Assembly (NCBI GenBank): GCA_017538365.1
Contig: JAFYIZ010000028.1
Span: 52,962-116,961 of the forward strand
Reading direction: 5' to 3'
From: a bacterium
Lineage (GTDB): Bacteria; UBP6; UBA1177
DNA length: 64,000 nt
A program made the position numbers and the translations under genes. The notes beneath the pieces are model-generated. The model worked only from the letters and a program-made list of their open reading frames with translations. It made no database searches and was not told the origin of the DNA. This document shows positions 37,433 to 47,483 of this stretch, piece by piece; position 1 is the first letter of the stretch; every line of letters begins with the position of its first letter.

Positions 37433-37906
37433 ATGACGAAAAAAACAGATGTTATGGTTTTGGTCGATCTGGTTAGGGCGCTCGGTTATAAAAATCCCGA
37501 AAAGCTCGCAAACTGGATCCGCGACATTATTAAAAAAAAGGAAGATTTCGACAAGCGGTTTCATATTGCAGGTCCGGAGCGCGATTTCGGCAGACGGGAA
37601 GAAAAGTTTCTGCTTGATGCTGATGCCGTAGTTCTGGTGGAAAATCTCTGCTTTCTCAAGCCTTACATGTCGTGTTTCGGAAAATCGATGGAAGACAGTC
37701 GGGAATTCCAGCCTTACAGGATTCTTGCCAAAGAGAAGGGTTTTAATAAGGCGGAACTCGAAAGAAAGTATAAACGGCTTCGCGCCGAACTTCAGGCAAT
37801 GAAAGAGGAAAGCGAAAATGCTCTTAGAGAACTTGAAACGTTCCACATGATTCTTGTTAGTGGTGAACCAATTGATATTACTAAAGAAAAGTTGGTTAAA
37901 AAGTGA
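37433..37906 (+). CDS. Hypothetical protein (about 158 aa), charged/coiled-coil C-terminus
   Basis: ORF with RBS ggagaaaaa. No recognisable domain. Confidence 0.4.
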   Translation: MTKKTDVMVLVDLVRALGYKNPEKLANWIRDIIKKKEDFDKRFHIAGPERDFGRREEKFLLDADAVVLVENLCFLKPYMSCFGKSMEDSREFQPYRILAKEKGFNKAELERKYKRLRAELQAMKEESENALRELETFHMILVSGEPIDITKEKLVKK

Positions 37907-37978
37907 TTTTTTTGACAACCAATTTGGTAGCAATAGCAGACTTTTGTTTTGTTTGTTTTATCGATTAAGGAGGGAAAA

Positions 37979-39100
37979 ATGAAAAAATTTCTTGTTTGCG
38001 CAGCTATGCTTGCTGCAATGGTTTTTATTGTTTCCTGCGGCGGCAGCGGTAGCGGAGGTGAAAGTTATTATCAGGAATGTGTTTACGGGGATTATGTCTG
38101 CAAATATGGAGATTCCTACTACTGCGGCTATTCCGGCAACGATTTGAGGTGGATGCTTGCAGAGCATTGTGAGTATTGCGATTCATGGACCGGAAAATGC
38201 GACAACAGTCACAGCAGTGATTCAGAGTGTTCTGCCGGGCAATATAAGTGTGACGGCTCTTATTCCTACTCTTGTTACAATGGCTACTGGAGCTATGATG
38301 CTTACTGCGATTACGGTTGCAATTCTTCTACAGGAAAATGCAACAGCAGTTCTAACGACGATAACGACAGTTCTCTGAACTTGTCATGCATGTCGATTTA
38401 CAGCTGCTATGCTGATTGCGAAGACAATGCATGTGCACAAAATTGTGTGGACAATGGCTCTGAAACCGGTCAGCGTCAATTTTACGAAATGTATGAATGT
38501 TGGATAGACAACTGCTCGGATGCAACAACTGATGATGAATTTACAGAGTGTGTATACAGCAACTGTTCAAAAGAAATGAAAGACTGCGGATTTACTGTTC
38601 CGGACGGCAATAATGATCCTACTAATCCCAGTGATCCCACCACTGATCCATCTGATGAATGTGCCGAAGGTTTGTTCTACTATCAGGGAACATGCCAGAG
38701 TCCGTGGGGCAAAAAATGGATAGTCACTTTTATAAGTGCAAAAGTTGCTGAAAAAAATGCTGACGATGAAGCGTGGGATGGCTTGGGCGGCCTGCCGGAT
38801 CTTTTTGCTGTTGTAAAAATCAACGGTAAAGAAGTCTTTAGAACAATTGAAGGTAGTGACTCCACTGCTGCGACATGGAATGAAGATGCTACAATAGATT
38901 TCTCTGCAAAAACTGACAAAATCACCTATTGTCTTTACGACGGTGATGCTGTCGGCGGAGATACAAGTTCAGACCTGGCATCTTCGAACGATGAAGTAGG
39001 CTGCTGGGATCATGAATTTGAATGGTTCAGCCTTGATAAAGTAACCATTACTTCAGACGTTGTCGACCACTTTGATTTTTCTCTTGAACCGGCTTGGTAA
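37979..39100 (+). CDS. Cys-rich lipoprotein with a C-terminal C2-like beta-sandwich segment, hypothetical
   Basis: MKKFLVCAAMLAAMVFIVSCGGSGSGG. Repeated C..G.Y.C..G motifs. C-terminal WIVTFISAKVAEKNADDEAWDGLGGLPDLFAVVKINGKEVFRT. Confidence 0.5.
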   Translation: MKKFLVCAAMLAAMVFIVSCGGSGSGGESYYQECVYGDYVCKYGDSYYCGYSGNDLRWMLAEHCEYCDSWTGKCDNSHSSDSECSAGQYKCDGSYSYSCYNGYWSYDAYCDYGCNSSTGKCNSSSNDDNDSSLNLSCMSIYSCYADCEDNACAQNCVDNGSETGQRQFYEMYECWIDNCSDATTDDEFTECVYSNCSKEMKDCGFTVPDGNNDPTNPSDPTTDPSDECAEGLFYYQGTCQSPWGKKWIVTFISAKVAEKNADDEAWDGLGGLPDLFAVVKINGKEVFRTIEGSDSTAATWNEDATIDFSAKTDKITYCLYDGDAVGGDTSSDLASSNDEVGCWDHEFEWFSLDKVTITSDVVDHFDFSLEPAW

Positions 39101-39189
39101 ACTGTTGTTTCCACTTAATCCCTAACAAAAATTGTCATTTTTTGATTTCTGCCTAAAATTGATCGGTTTTTTTGTTTATGGAGGCAAAA

Positions 39190-39870
39190 ATGAAAAAGAT
39201 TTCTTTGTTTGTGTTAATGATTTTCGGAATTTTCATGCTCTTTGCGGTTGATGCTGCGCCTGAAACGGCTCAAGAATCTGTCGAAACGACTCCGGAACAG
39301 GCAGAGCCGGCTGAAAACGCGCAGGAACCTGCCGCTGAACCCGAACAACCTGCTGAAAGTATGCAGCAGCCTGTAGAGACTGCTCCTGAGGCATCTGCCG
39401 AAACAGCACAACCCGCTGAAACAGTGCAGGAACCCGTAGAGATGTTACCTGAAACGTCTCCAGAACCTGAACAACCTGCTGAACCTGCACAACCCCGTTC
39501 TGAAAAACCGCAGAAAATCAAATATTACAGACCTTACCTCGGTGCCGGAATTCCGCTTATCGTCATAGGTTCGGTATCTTTTGCACTTATGATGCCGGCT
39601 ATGGGAACTATGGCGTTTGCCGCTTCAGACGCATGTGAAGGTAAGGATTGGGATTTCTGCGAAGAACTTCACGACAACAATAAAAAACACCACACCGCGT
39701 GGACGGTAGGTTCCGTTATGACGGGAGTCGTCGGCGCTGGAATGATCGCAGTCGGATCGTGGCTGACAAGTGTTGAAAAACCGAGAGAAAATCAGTGTGT
39801 TACACTGGAAGGTGTCGCAGTTCTTCCGACCAAAGACGGAATGTATGCTTCCATAGGTCTGGGTTTCTAA
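39190..39870 (+). CDS. Membrane-anchored protein with a Pro/Glu/Ala-rich repeat region (PEQAEPAE-type repeats) and C-terminal transmembrane helices
   Basis: Signal MKKISLFVLMIFGIFMLFAVDA. Repeats EPAENAQEPAAEPEQPAE. C-terminal hydrophobic segments. Confidence 0.5.
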   Translation: MKKISLFVLMIFGIFMLFAVDAAPETAQESVETTPEQAEPAENAQEPAAEPEQPAESMQQPVETAPEASAETAQPAETVQEPVEMLPETSPEPEQPAEPAQPRSEKPQKIKYYRPYLGAGIPLIVIGSVSFALMMPAMGTMAFAASDACEGKDWDFCEELHDNNKKHHTAWTVGSVMTGVVGAGMIAVGSWLTSVEKPRENQCVTLEGVAVLPTKDGMYASIGLGF

Positions 39871-39975
39871 CCGTATTTTCTTAATTTCCGAAGCCGGAAA
39901 ATCATCATCTTAAATTGACAATTTACTCTTCATCTTTAGAATATTCCGCTTATGTTTTTTTGAGTGGAGAGAATT

Positions 39976-41187
39976 ATGGGAAAAACAGTCATTGAAAAGA
40001 TTTTTTACGACCATCTGATTGACAAAAACGAGCCTGTAACGCCGGGTTCTATCGTCTGGATCAATATTGACTACAAAAGTGCGAGAGATTTCGGCGGCGC
40101 AAACGTCGTCAACAACCTCGAAAGCAAGTTCTCAGGTTCTTTGATTGCAGATAAAGAGCGCACGATGTTCACTTTTGACTGCGTTGCACCGGCAAAAACA
40201 ATTCCTTACGCCGTAAACCAGCAGAGATGCAGGGTTTTCGCAAGAAAGGAAGGGCTCAAAGTTTACGATGTCGATTCGGGAATCGGTTCGCACATTCTCA
40301 TTGATGAATACGCAAAACCGGGAATGACGATTGTCAGCACTGACAGCCACTTCAACATCATGGGGGCGATAAGCTGCTTCGGCCAGGGAATGGGAGATGT
40401 CGATATTTCCTACATCTGGAAAACTGGCCGTACCTGGTTCGAAGTGCCGCAGAGCGTAAAACTTACTCTCAAAGGCAAACGCAAAGCGGGAATAAAAGCG
40501 AAAGACATAGTTCTTTTCATGCTCAAGAAGTTCGGATCTCGCACATTCCTCGGACAGGTCGTCGAGCTTTACGGCGAGGAAGCTGAAAAACTCACTCTTG
40601 ACGAGAGAGTAACTATCGCCAGCATGGGAACCGAAATGGGCGTAATTTCGATAATGATTCCGACAACTGGTCTCGAAGGTTTCAAAGAAATCAAGGCAGA
40701 TCCCGACGCGAATTATGCCGCTGAATACGAGCTTGATCTTGATGCTCTCACTGAACCGCAGGTCGCTGCTCCGCCGCATCCGCACAACGTTCACAACGTC
40801 AGCGAATTTGCCGGAAAAGCGGTCGACACGGTCTTCATCGGAAGCTGCACGAACGGCAGAATTTCCGATTTTGAAGATGTCGCAAGGATTGTCAAAGGCA
40901 AAAAAATCAAAACTAACGGATATATCGTTCCGTCATCGCGCAGGATTTACGGCGAACTCATGAAGTCGGGCATTCTCGAAACGCTTTTCGACGCAGGTTT
41001 CGTAATCGCAAATCCTGGTTGCGGCGGATGCGCTTCAGGTCAGATCGGAATGACTGGCGACGGCGAGGTTATCGTTTCGACTTCAAACCGCAATTTCAAA
41101 GGCAAACAGGGAAACGGCGAGGTTCATCTTGCCAGCCCGGCAACGGCTGCATATTCGGCATTGAAAGGGGAGATCTGTGGATTCTGA
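39976..41187 (+). CDS. leuC: 3-isopropylmalate dehydratase large subunit (aconitase family, small LeuC/HACN type)
   Basis: MGKTVIEKIF..., SHILIDEY, aconitase Cys ligands GSCTNGR and PGCGGCASG. Confidence 0.75.
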   Translation: MGKTVIEKIFYDHLIDKNEPVTPGSIVWINIDYKSARDFGGANVVNNLESKFSGSLIADKERTMFTFDCVAPAKTIPYAVNQQRCRVFARKEGLKVYDVDSGIGSHILIDEYAKPGMTIVSTDSHFNIMGAISCFGQGMGDVDISYIWKTGRTWFEVPQSVKLTLKGKRKAGIKAKDIVLFMLKKFGSRTFLGQVVELYGEEAEKLTLDERVTIASMGTEMGVISIMIPTTGLEGFKEIKADPDANYAAEYELDLDALTEPQVAAPPHPHNVHNVSEFAGKAVDTVFIGSCTNGRISDFEDVARIVKGKKIKTNGYIVPSSRRIYGELMKSGILETLFDAGFVIANPGCGGCASGQIGMTGDGEVIVSTSNRNFKGKQGNGEVHLASPATAAYSALKGEICGF

Positions 41188-42595
41188 GAATTTGATCTCG
41201 CTCCTCTTTGTTTTAGATTCGTCTCCGCAAAGCGGCGCGTCTCTTGCATTTTTCAACAGTTTTATCGAGCAGCTTATCGACTGCATGGCTGAAAAAGTTG
41301 CTTTGACTGTGTTTTATCCTGAATTTTCGGACAAAGAGGAACATTTTTCGCTCAGCATAACGCAGACACCGAAATACCGCCGCATGGTAACGTATATTCC
41401 GACGCGGCTGGAATCTTTCAGCGATACTTATCTCAACGAAAAAATGGACGGAGTTTTCAGTTTTATCCTGAAAGAAGACCACTTTGACGCAATCCACATC
41501 TGGAGCCTTAAAAATCACTCTTTCAATTACCCGCTGCTTGCGAAAGAGCGGGGGATTCCGGTGGTTTACACTTTTTGCGACGGATTTCTTTTTTCAAATT
41601 CTATTTTTGAAAAAGGGCTGGGCGTAAGCGGCGAAAAAGTGAGGGTTTCAAATTTCGTAAACTCTTCGATAACTTCTTTTGTCCGCAGACTTGTCAGTGC
41701 CGTCAAGCCTAAACCGCGCTCGTACTGGTTTGAAAACATCGGCAGATTCAGCCGCTACTACAACCGCACGCCGGAAAGCGGAATCGGACCTGACGTGTTT
41801 GAAGAACGAACCGATTTGGCTGACGAAGTCGTCTCTTTCTGCGACAAATTCCTGTTTTTTTCGGAACTTGAATACAACCTTTTCTACCGCCCGCTGATTC
41901 CCGAAAGCAAGGCGGCTTTCATGGAACAGGGAATAATGCGTGAACTCGATTTCTGGAACCGTCCTTTCGAAATCGAAGGTGCGGTCAGGTTCTGTTTTAT
42001 GGGCGAGATTCTGCCGGAAGAGGGTATTCTGGAGCTTGTCGAGGCGTTCAACATCCTTTACAGCGAAGGATTCTGCAACGAACTGCACGTTTACGGCGAA
42101 ACTCACGAAAATTCGCCTTATTTCACCAGGCTCAAACAGCGCGTTAAAAGCCCTGACATCTTTTTCCACGGCTCGATTCAGGGAGGAAGGATAAACGCCG
42201 CGCTCAATACAGCCGACGTGCTGATTGTTCCGGCAAAATGGACGCGCAGCGACACTTTTCTGGTGAACAACGCGATTTCCGAAAGAAAGGCGCTCATAGT
42301 TTCAGGAAAGAACGCGCTTGCCGAAAAAGTGAGAAAGTCGGGCAGGGGAATCATTCTTGACGAAGTGACTCCGCGCGCAATCGCAGACGCCGTTTCGGAG
42401 CTCGAGCGCAACAGAAAAAGGCTTTACTATTTCATGCGTGTCACTGACGATTTCAGAGTTCCCGATATAAACGAAAACTGCGATGCGCTGACTTCGCTTT
42501 ACGGTGAACTTGCGAAAAATTATAAAGAAGCAGATCCGCTTTTACTTGCGAGAAAACTTAACAGAAGAAGAAAAGAGAGGCAACAACGTGGATAA
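41177..42595 (+). CDS. Glycosyltransferase-like (GT-B fold, GT4-like) hypothetical protein
   Basis: 472 aa. C-terminal half has an alternating beta-alpha pattern, VRFCFMGEI...ELHVYGE...FHGSI...VLIVPA, typical of GT4 C-domains. Low confidence. Confidence 0.35.
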   Translation: MDSENLISLLFVLDSSPQSGASLAFFNSFIEQLIDCMAEKVALTVFYPEFSDKEEHFSLSITQTPKYRRMVTYIPTRLESFSDTYLNEKMDGVFSFILKEDHFDAIHIWSLKNHSFNYPLLAKERGIPVVYTFCDGFLFSNSIFEKGLGVSGEKVRVSNFVNSSITSFVRRLVSAVKPKPRSYWFENIGRFSRYYNRTPESGIGPDVFEERTDLADEVVSFCDKFLFFSELEYNLFYRPLIPESKAAFMEQGIMRELDFWNRPFEIEGAVRFCFMGEILPEEGILELVEAFNILYSEGFCNELHVYGETHENSPYFTRLKQRVKSPDIFFHGSIQGGRINAALNTADVLIVPAKWTRSDTFLVNNAISERKALIVSGKNALAEKVRKSGRGIILDEVTPRAIADAVSELERNRKRLYYFMRVTDDFRVPDINENCDALTSLYGELAKNYKEADPLLLARKLNRRRKERQQRG

Positions 42596-43454
42596 ATTCA
42601 AAAACAACAGTACTCCTACGCCGGCTTTGGTCGTAAAACTTGTACTTGTACTCGTTTTTCTGCTTACCGCGGCTTTTGTGAGCGGAGTCATGATCGGGAA
42701 AAACGGCAGACGGAACATCGACAGAACGAGTTCCGACGAAGAGGGAATAAACGAAAAACTCTCAAACTGCATTTTCAACTCTGACGAGCTTCGCGAAAAA
42801 TACCTGAAACTCAGGGCTGCGGCGCGTGAAAAAGGGCTTGTGGATGAAAATGACGTCGTCAACGCCAATGTGGTTTGCAGACCGGAAGAAAAACTCTCGG
42901 AAAAACCGGTTGAACCGGAACCTGAGGAAAAAACAGAGGAAACGAAACCAGCCGAGACATCATCAGAGGTTTTGCATGAAAAGGAGAATCCTGAACCTGT
43001 AAAACAGGAAAATGTTGAACCTGAAAAACCCGTCGAAACAAAACCTGTTGAATCCAAACAAGCGGAACAAAAACCCGCAGAAAAACCGGAAAAACAGGTG
43101 GAAAAACCTGTAGAGACATCTCCGAAAGAGCCCGCAAAACCGGAGAAAACGGAAAAATCTGATAAAAACAAGACAATCGATGAAATACTGACAGAGAAAA
43201 AAGCGGAACCTGCGAAAGAAAAAGGGCAGACGTGCCGCTTTTCGATACAGGTTTTTGCTGCAAGCACCAGAGAACAGGCTGACGCGGCTGCCAAAAAGCT
43301 GAAATCTCTGAAACCGCGCGTGATCAGCGGCGAAAGCAACGGCAAACAGTGGTTTAAGCTCAGATCGGGATGCTTCGATTCAAAAGAAGCTGCCGAAGCC
43401 AAGCTGCCGGAAGTCAGAAAATTGGAAAAATCGGCATATATTGTCTCGGAATAA
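42588..43454 (+). CDS. SPOR-domain (peptidoglycan-binding) membrane protein with PEKP repeat linker
   Basis: GTG at 42588 after RBS aagagagg. Transmembrane helix. PE/K repeats. C-terminal CRFSIQVFAASTREQADAAAKKLKSLKPRVISGESNGKQWFKLRSGCFDSKEAAE (SPOR). Confidence 0.55.
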   Translation: MDKFKNNSTPTPALVVKLVLVLVFLLTAAFVSGVMIGKNGRRNIDRTSSDEEGINEKLSNCIFNSDELREKYLKLRAAAREKGLVDENDVVNANVVCRPEEKLSEKPVEPEPEEKTEETKPAETSSEVLHEKENPEPVKQENVEPEKPVETKPVESKQAEQKPAEKPEKQVEKPVETSPKEPAKPEKTEKSDKNKTIDEILTEKKAEPAKEKGQTCRFSIQVFAASTREQADAAAKKLKSLKPRVISGESNGKQWFKLRSGCFDSKEAAEAKLPEVRKLEKSAYIVSE

Positions 43455-43475
43455 TAATTTTTTAAGGAGGAATCC

Positions 43476-43979
43476 ATGGCAATCATTAAAGGAAAGGTTT
43501 TCGTTTACGGACACGATGTAAACACCGATGTCATTTTCCCCGGAAAATACACTTACACCGTGACTGATCCGAAAGAAATCGCGTCTCATGCACTTGAAGA
43601 CGAAGATCCGAATTTTATTAAGGAAGTTCAACCTGGCGACATCATTGTTGCCGGAAAAAATTTCGGCTGCGGCTCTTCCAGAGAGCAGGCTGCATTCTGC
43701 TTCAAATACTTGGGAATGGGTGCCGTAATCGCTGAATCCTACAGCAGAATCTACTTCAGAAACTGCATAAACGCAGGTCTTCCGGCTCTCGAAATCAAAA
43801 ATCTTCTCGGTAAAGTCAAAAGGGGAGACACCCTTGAAATCAACACAGAAACGGGAACGGTTTTCCTTCCCGACGGTTCAACTGTCACATTCCCGCCGCT
43901 TCCTCCCGAAGTCGACGAAATCATGCAGAAAGGCGGTCTCGACGAATATATCAAAGCAAAATTGGCTGCGAAAAATTAA
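43476..43979 (+). CDS. leuD: 3-isopropylmalate dehydratase small subunit
   Basis: 167 aa. MAIIKGKVFVYGHDVNTDVIFPGKY, GKNFGCGSSREQA. Confidence 0.85.
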   Translation: MAIIKGKVFVYGHDVNTDVIFPGKYTYTVTDPKEIASHALEDEDPNFIKEVQPGDIIVAGKNFGCGSSREQAAFCFKYLGMGAVIAESYSRIYFRNCINAGLPALEIKNLLGKVKRGDTLEINTETGTVFLPDGSTVTFPPLPPEVDEIMQKGGLDEYIKAKLAAKN

Positions 43980-44773
43980 AGGCTCAACGATTTTCTAGGT
44001 TTATCAGGTCTCGGATTGTCTGAAGTCGCAGTGTAGTCGAAGTTTACTTCAACTTCATCGTCGCTGTCTCCTTTCGGGAAGACGGTGTCTTCAAGTTTTT
44101 CAACAGTGCAGTCAATCACGAATTTATCTTTGAAAGTGTTGTTCCTGAGTTTGATGTCGTAAACTTCGCCGTCAGGGTCGATTGTGAATTTAAGTGTGAA
44201 TTTTCCCTGCAGTTTCGGGTTTTTTGCTCTGCGGTTGTCAAAACATTCCTTGAATTTCTTCATTTTTGCGAGCGATGCTATTGTCTGTGTGCGCAGATCG
44301 TTTATTTTGTGTTTTTCTTTCTGTTTATGTTTCTCTCTGACGATTTTGTATGAGAGGTGGAATTCTGCATCACGTGAATTTCCCGGTCTTACACCGATCT
44401 GCTCCATCTCGTTTTTGATGCATTTGGCAATTTTGTTGGCATTTTTCGATTTCATTTTTTCGATTTCTATCATTTCGAAAAAGCCTTCGCTGTCGATATT
44501 GATGGCAAAATCGATATTCATGTTTTCGTCTTCGCCCGATTTTACCTTGGCCTGATAGCAGTTGATGAAGTCCTCATCCAGCATCTTCATTTTGCGGGCG
44601 ACCTCGGTATCTTTCGAATATCCGTAGACTTTGAGAGTTTCGCCTCCTTCGATTTCGACATATCCGATTTCTGAGTTGTCACTTCTTTTCGTGTTTTTTT
44701 TGGAAGAATTTTTTCCCGATGAACAGGAAAAAACAGAACAAACGATTAAAAAGATTACGAATAATTTTTTCAA
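43976..44773 (-). CDS. Lipoprotein with TonB-C/AgmX-like C-terminal domain(s), hypothetical
   Basis: TTG start at 44773 after RBS aaagaggt. LKKLFVIFLIVCSVFSCSSG lipobox. GKFTLKFTIDPDGEVYDIKL. Confidence 0.45.
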   Translation of the reverse strand: MKKLFVIFLIVCSVFSCSSGKNSSKKNTKRSDNSEIGYVEIEGGETLKVYGYSKDTEVARKMKMLDEDFINCYQAKVKSGEDENMNIDFAINIDSEGFFEMIEIEKMKSKNANKIAKCIKNEMEQIGVRPGNSRDAEFHLSYKIVREKHKQKEKHKINDLRTQTIASLAKMKKFKECFDNRRAKNPKLQGKFTLKFTIDPDGEVYDIKLRNNTFKDKFVIDCTVEKLEDTVFPKGDSDDEVEVNFDYTATSDNPRPDKPRKSLSL

Positions 44774-45414
44774 ATCAACCTCTTTTTTACAAGTTCCGTC
44801 AATGAACTGAAAACCGGCGCTCCGGTGCTTTTCAATACTTCCGCCGTGTTGTGACCGCGTGAAACGAGCGCGACGTCGCAACAGGCCGCCTTTGCAGTTT
44901 CGTAGTCGTGGCATGTGTCTCCGACAAAAAGGATCTCGTTTTCAGAATATCCCGACTGGTCGAGGATTTTTCTGCAAAGATGAGTCTTTCCTTCTGCATA
45001 GTAGTTTTCAATTCCTTCAATGAAGCGGAAGTATTTGTTTATTCTGAGCATTTCGACGTGTTTGTTGAGCATTTTGTGCTCCATTGCCGAAAGGATGCTG
45101 ACTTCGATTCCTGCTTTGGTAAGTTCTTCAAGCGTGGAGACGACATCGGGGAAAAGTTTAACCTTTTCTATGTCTGCAATATAGAGTTTTCCGAATTCCT
45201 GCGCTATTTCATCCCATTCGCCTTTGACGTCAAGCCCGAGCTCTTTATAGAATACAGATACCGGAAATTGAAAATTTTCTCTGTAATATTCGGTTGTTAT
45301 CGGTTTGATTCCGCGCTTTTCCAAAACGCCGTTTATAGCATTCAGATTGAGCCAGACATCATCGATCAGAGTGCCGTTCCAATCGAAAATTATCATTCTT
45401 TTGCCGTTAGCCAT
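44770..45414 (-). CDS. HAD-IA family hydrolase (phosphoglycolate phosphatase-like)
   Basis: MIIFDWNGTLIDD (DxDxT), VGDTCHDYETA. Confidence 0.7.
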   Translation of the reverse strand: MANGKRMIIFDWNGTLIDDVWLNLNAINGVLEKRGIKPITTEYYRENFQFPVSVFYKELGLDVKGEWDEIAQEFGKLYIADIEKVKLFPDVVSTLEELTKAGIEVSILSAMEHKMLNKHVEMLRINKYFRFIEGIENYYAEGKTHLCRKILDQSGYSENEILFVGDTCHDYETAKAACCDVALVSRGHNTAEVLKSTGAPVFSSLTELVKKRLI

Positions 45415-45417
45415 TTT

Positions 45418-46005
45418 TTACTCCACGGCGTAGCTTACAAGTTCAGTCGTTGTCTGCGGGATCATCTTGTTTTCACGGACATCTTCAAGAACCGTAACGA
45501 TCTTTACGATGCCGACTTTCAGCGCGAAATAGTGGTATGAGTGAAGCACTTTTTTGTTCGGAAGTTCAACGGTGGTGTGAACTTTGATCGTTCCTTCAAA
45601 TGTTCCGGCGGGAACTGTAACAGTCTCGTCAACGCCCTCTGTCTTTCTGATTTCGCGCGTTTTCTGCTTAATTATTGTAATCCATGATTCTCTCTGGAGC
45701 GGGAACATCAGAAGATAGCGTTCCGCGTCTCTGATTCCGTGCCTGTCGGTTTTGAGCCTGCCGCCTCTGTTGTCGAGAAACCAGTCGCCGTCGGTTCCGA
45801 CGATACTGATTTCCTGTTCGCCGGACTGCCCGAAGTAGTTGACTTTGTATTTCCAGCTGTTGCCGACTGCGAGCGGGAGATAGCGGTCAGCCGATTCCTT
45901 GTAGTCGGAAAGGTGGTATTTTTCATCTTTCTTTTTGTCGGCGCTGCCGCATGAAACTGCAAAAACCGCAACGAAAACCATAAAAATCAAAAGTGCTTTT
46001 TTCAT
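45418..46005 (-). CDS. Hypothetical lipoprotein
   Basis: MKKALLIFMVFVAVFAVSCGSADKK lipobox. No recognisable domain. Confidence 0.45.
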   Translation of the reverse strand: MKKALLIFMVFVAVFAVSCGSADKKKDEKYHLSDYKESADRYLPLAVGNSWKYKVNYFGQSGEQEISIVGTDGDWFLDNRGGRLKTDRHGIRDAERYLLMFPLQRESWITIIKQKTREIRKTEGVDETVTVPAGTFEGTIKVHTTVELPNKKVLHSYHYFALKVGIVKIVTVLEDVRENKMIPQTTTELVSYAVE

Positions 46006-46195
46006 AATTGTCCTCATTTTTAAAAATGCTCCCAAAATGCCGCAGAATTATAATGATTTCTCTAAAAAGAGCAAAAGAAACGCGATTTTTTTAAATTCGG
46101 CTGATTTTGCGGCTCTCTGAACTCTTTATTTGACTTAAAAACCGCCGCAAATAAACTTTCCCGTTTTTTGTTTTTATTTAACTTTGGAGGGAAAA

Positions 46196-47317
46196 ATGAA
46201 AGATCCGAGAATCGTAAAAATTGCGAAAAATCTTGTCAACTACAGCACGAAAGTTCAGCCGGGCGACAATGTCCTGATTGAATACCGCGACAACTGGCCT
46301 CTTCCGCTTGTTCTTGCTCTCATCGACGAAGTCAAGGCTGCCGGCGGCAGACCTTTTGTAAACTTTACCGACATGCAGCTTCAGAGAAAACTTCTTCAGG
46401 CTGCAGACGACGAATGGTTCGACACGATGTGTGAAATCGACCTTCTCAGAATGAAGAAAATGCAGGCTTATATTTCAATCAACGGCAGAAACAACAGCTT
46501 CGAACTTTCGGATGTTCCGCCGGAGCAGATGAAGAAAAACACGCAGAAATACCTCATTCCGGTTCATTTGGACCAGCGCGTAGCTCACACCAAATGGTGT
46601 ATTCTTGCTTTCCCGAACCCGTCCTACGCTCAGGCTTCTTCGATGAGCACCGAGGCTTTTGAAGACTTCTACTGCGATGTCTGCTCGGTTGACTACGCGA
46701 AAATGGACAAGGCGATGGACCCGCTCAAGGAACTTATGGATAAAACCGACAAAGTCCGCCTGCTCGGCCCCGGCAGAACCGACCTCACGTTCTCAATCAA
46801 AGGACTTCCGGGAATCAAATGCTCCGGTCAGTGCAACATTCCCGACGGCGAAGTTTTCACCGCTCCGGTCAAGGATTCGGTCAACGGCGTTATCGAATAC
46901 AACACTCCGACCGCTTACCACGGCACGAAATTCGACAAAGTTATCCTCACTTTCAAAGACGGCAAAATCGTCAAAGTTGAAGGATCGGATGTCGAGAAAC
47001 TTGAAGAAATCTTCAACACCGACGAAGGTGCAAGATACGTCGGCGAATTTGCAATCGGCGTAAACCCGTACGTCACGAAACCGATGGTTGACATTCTTTT
47101 CGACGAGAAAATCTGCGGATCGATCCACTTCACGCCGGGTGATTCCTATGAAGAGTGCCCGAACGGCAACAAATCAGGCGTTCACTGGGATCTTGTTATG
47201 ATCCAGACTCCGGAATACGGCGGCGGCGAGATTTATTTCGACGATGTTCTCATCAGAAAGGACGGAATGTTCGTTCTCGACGAGCTCAAACCGCTTAACC
47301 CCGAAAACCTCAAGTAA
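46196..47317 (+). CDS. Aminopeptidase, M29 (AmpS/PepS) family
   Basis: MKDPRIVKIAKNLVNYSTKVQPGDNVLIEY matches the M29 N-terminus. CNIPDGEVFTAP. Confidence 0.7.
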   Translation: MKDPRIVKIAKNLVNYSTKVQPGDNVLIEYRDNWPLPLVLALIDEVKAAGGRPFVNFTDMQLQRKLLQAADDEWFDTMCEIDLLRMKKMQAYISINGRNNSFELSDVPPEQMKKNTQKYLIPVHLDQRVAHTKWCILAFPNPSYAQASSMSTEAFEDFYCDVCSVDYAKMDKAMDPLKELMDKTDKVRLLGPGRTDLTFSIKGLPGIKCSGQCNIPDGEVFTAPVKDSVNGVIEYNTPTAYHGTKFDKVILTFKDGKIVKVEGSDVEKLEEIFNTDEGARYVGEFAIGVNPYVTKPMVDILFDEKICGSIHFTPGDSYEECPNGNKSGVHWDLVMIQTPEYGGGEIYFDDVLIRKDGMFVLDELKPLNPENLK

Positions 47318-47323
47318 AAATTC

Positions 47324-47386
47324 TGCCGCCGCAGTTATACCGTAATCCCGTGATCACGGCGGCGGCATAAAGAACCGGGATCCCGG
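47324..47386. repeat. GC-rich palindromic intergenic repeat element (locus D): stem tgccgccg/cggcggca enclosing CGTGATCACG, followed by CCGGGATCCCGG
   Basis: Read directly. 8-bp stem at 47324-31/47360-67, perfect 10-nt palindrome at 47349-58, 12-nt palindrome at 47375-86. Shares cores with the repeats at 54457, 56304 and 59926. Confidence 0.7.
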
Positions 47387-47483
47387 TGGCAGCGCGGCGG
47401 CTATAAAAAAATTTGATAAAATTTATTCTTGTTGTTATAAAGCGGCGTTTTTTTTGTTTTTACTTAATTTTTTGGAGTCAGAG

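Noticed and set aside
37141-37933. Minus-strand ORFs of 75 aa and 219 aa, Lys/Phe-rich
   Set aside because: They are low-complexity translations of A/T-rich intergenic sequence and the antisense of the 37433 gene. One spans the T16 tract. No RBS or motif supports them.
42542-43486. 314-aa minus-strand ORF antisense to the SPOR-domain gene
   Set aside because: It is low-complexity Ser/Phe-rich translation of the PEKP repeat region on the opposite strand. The plus frame carries a recognisable SPOR domain.
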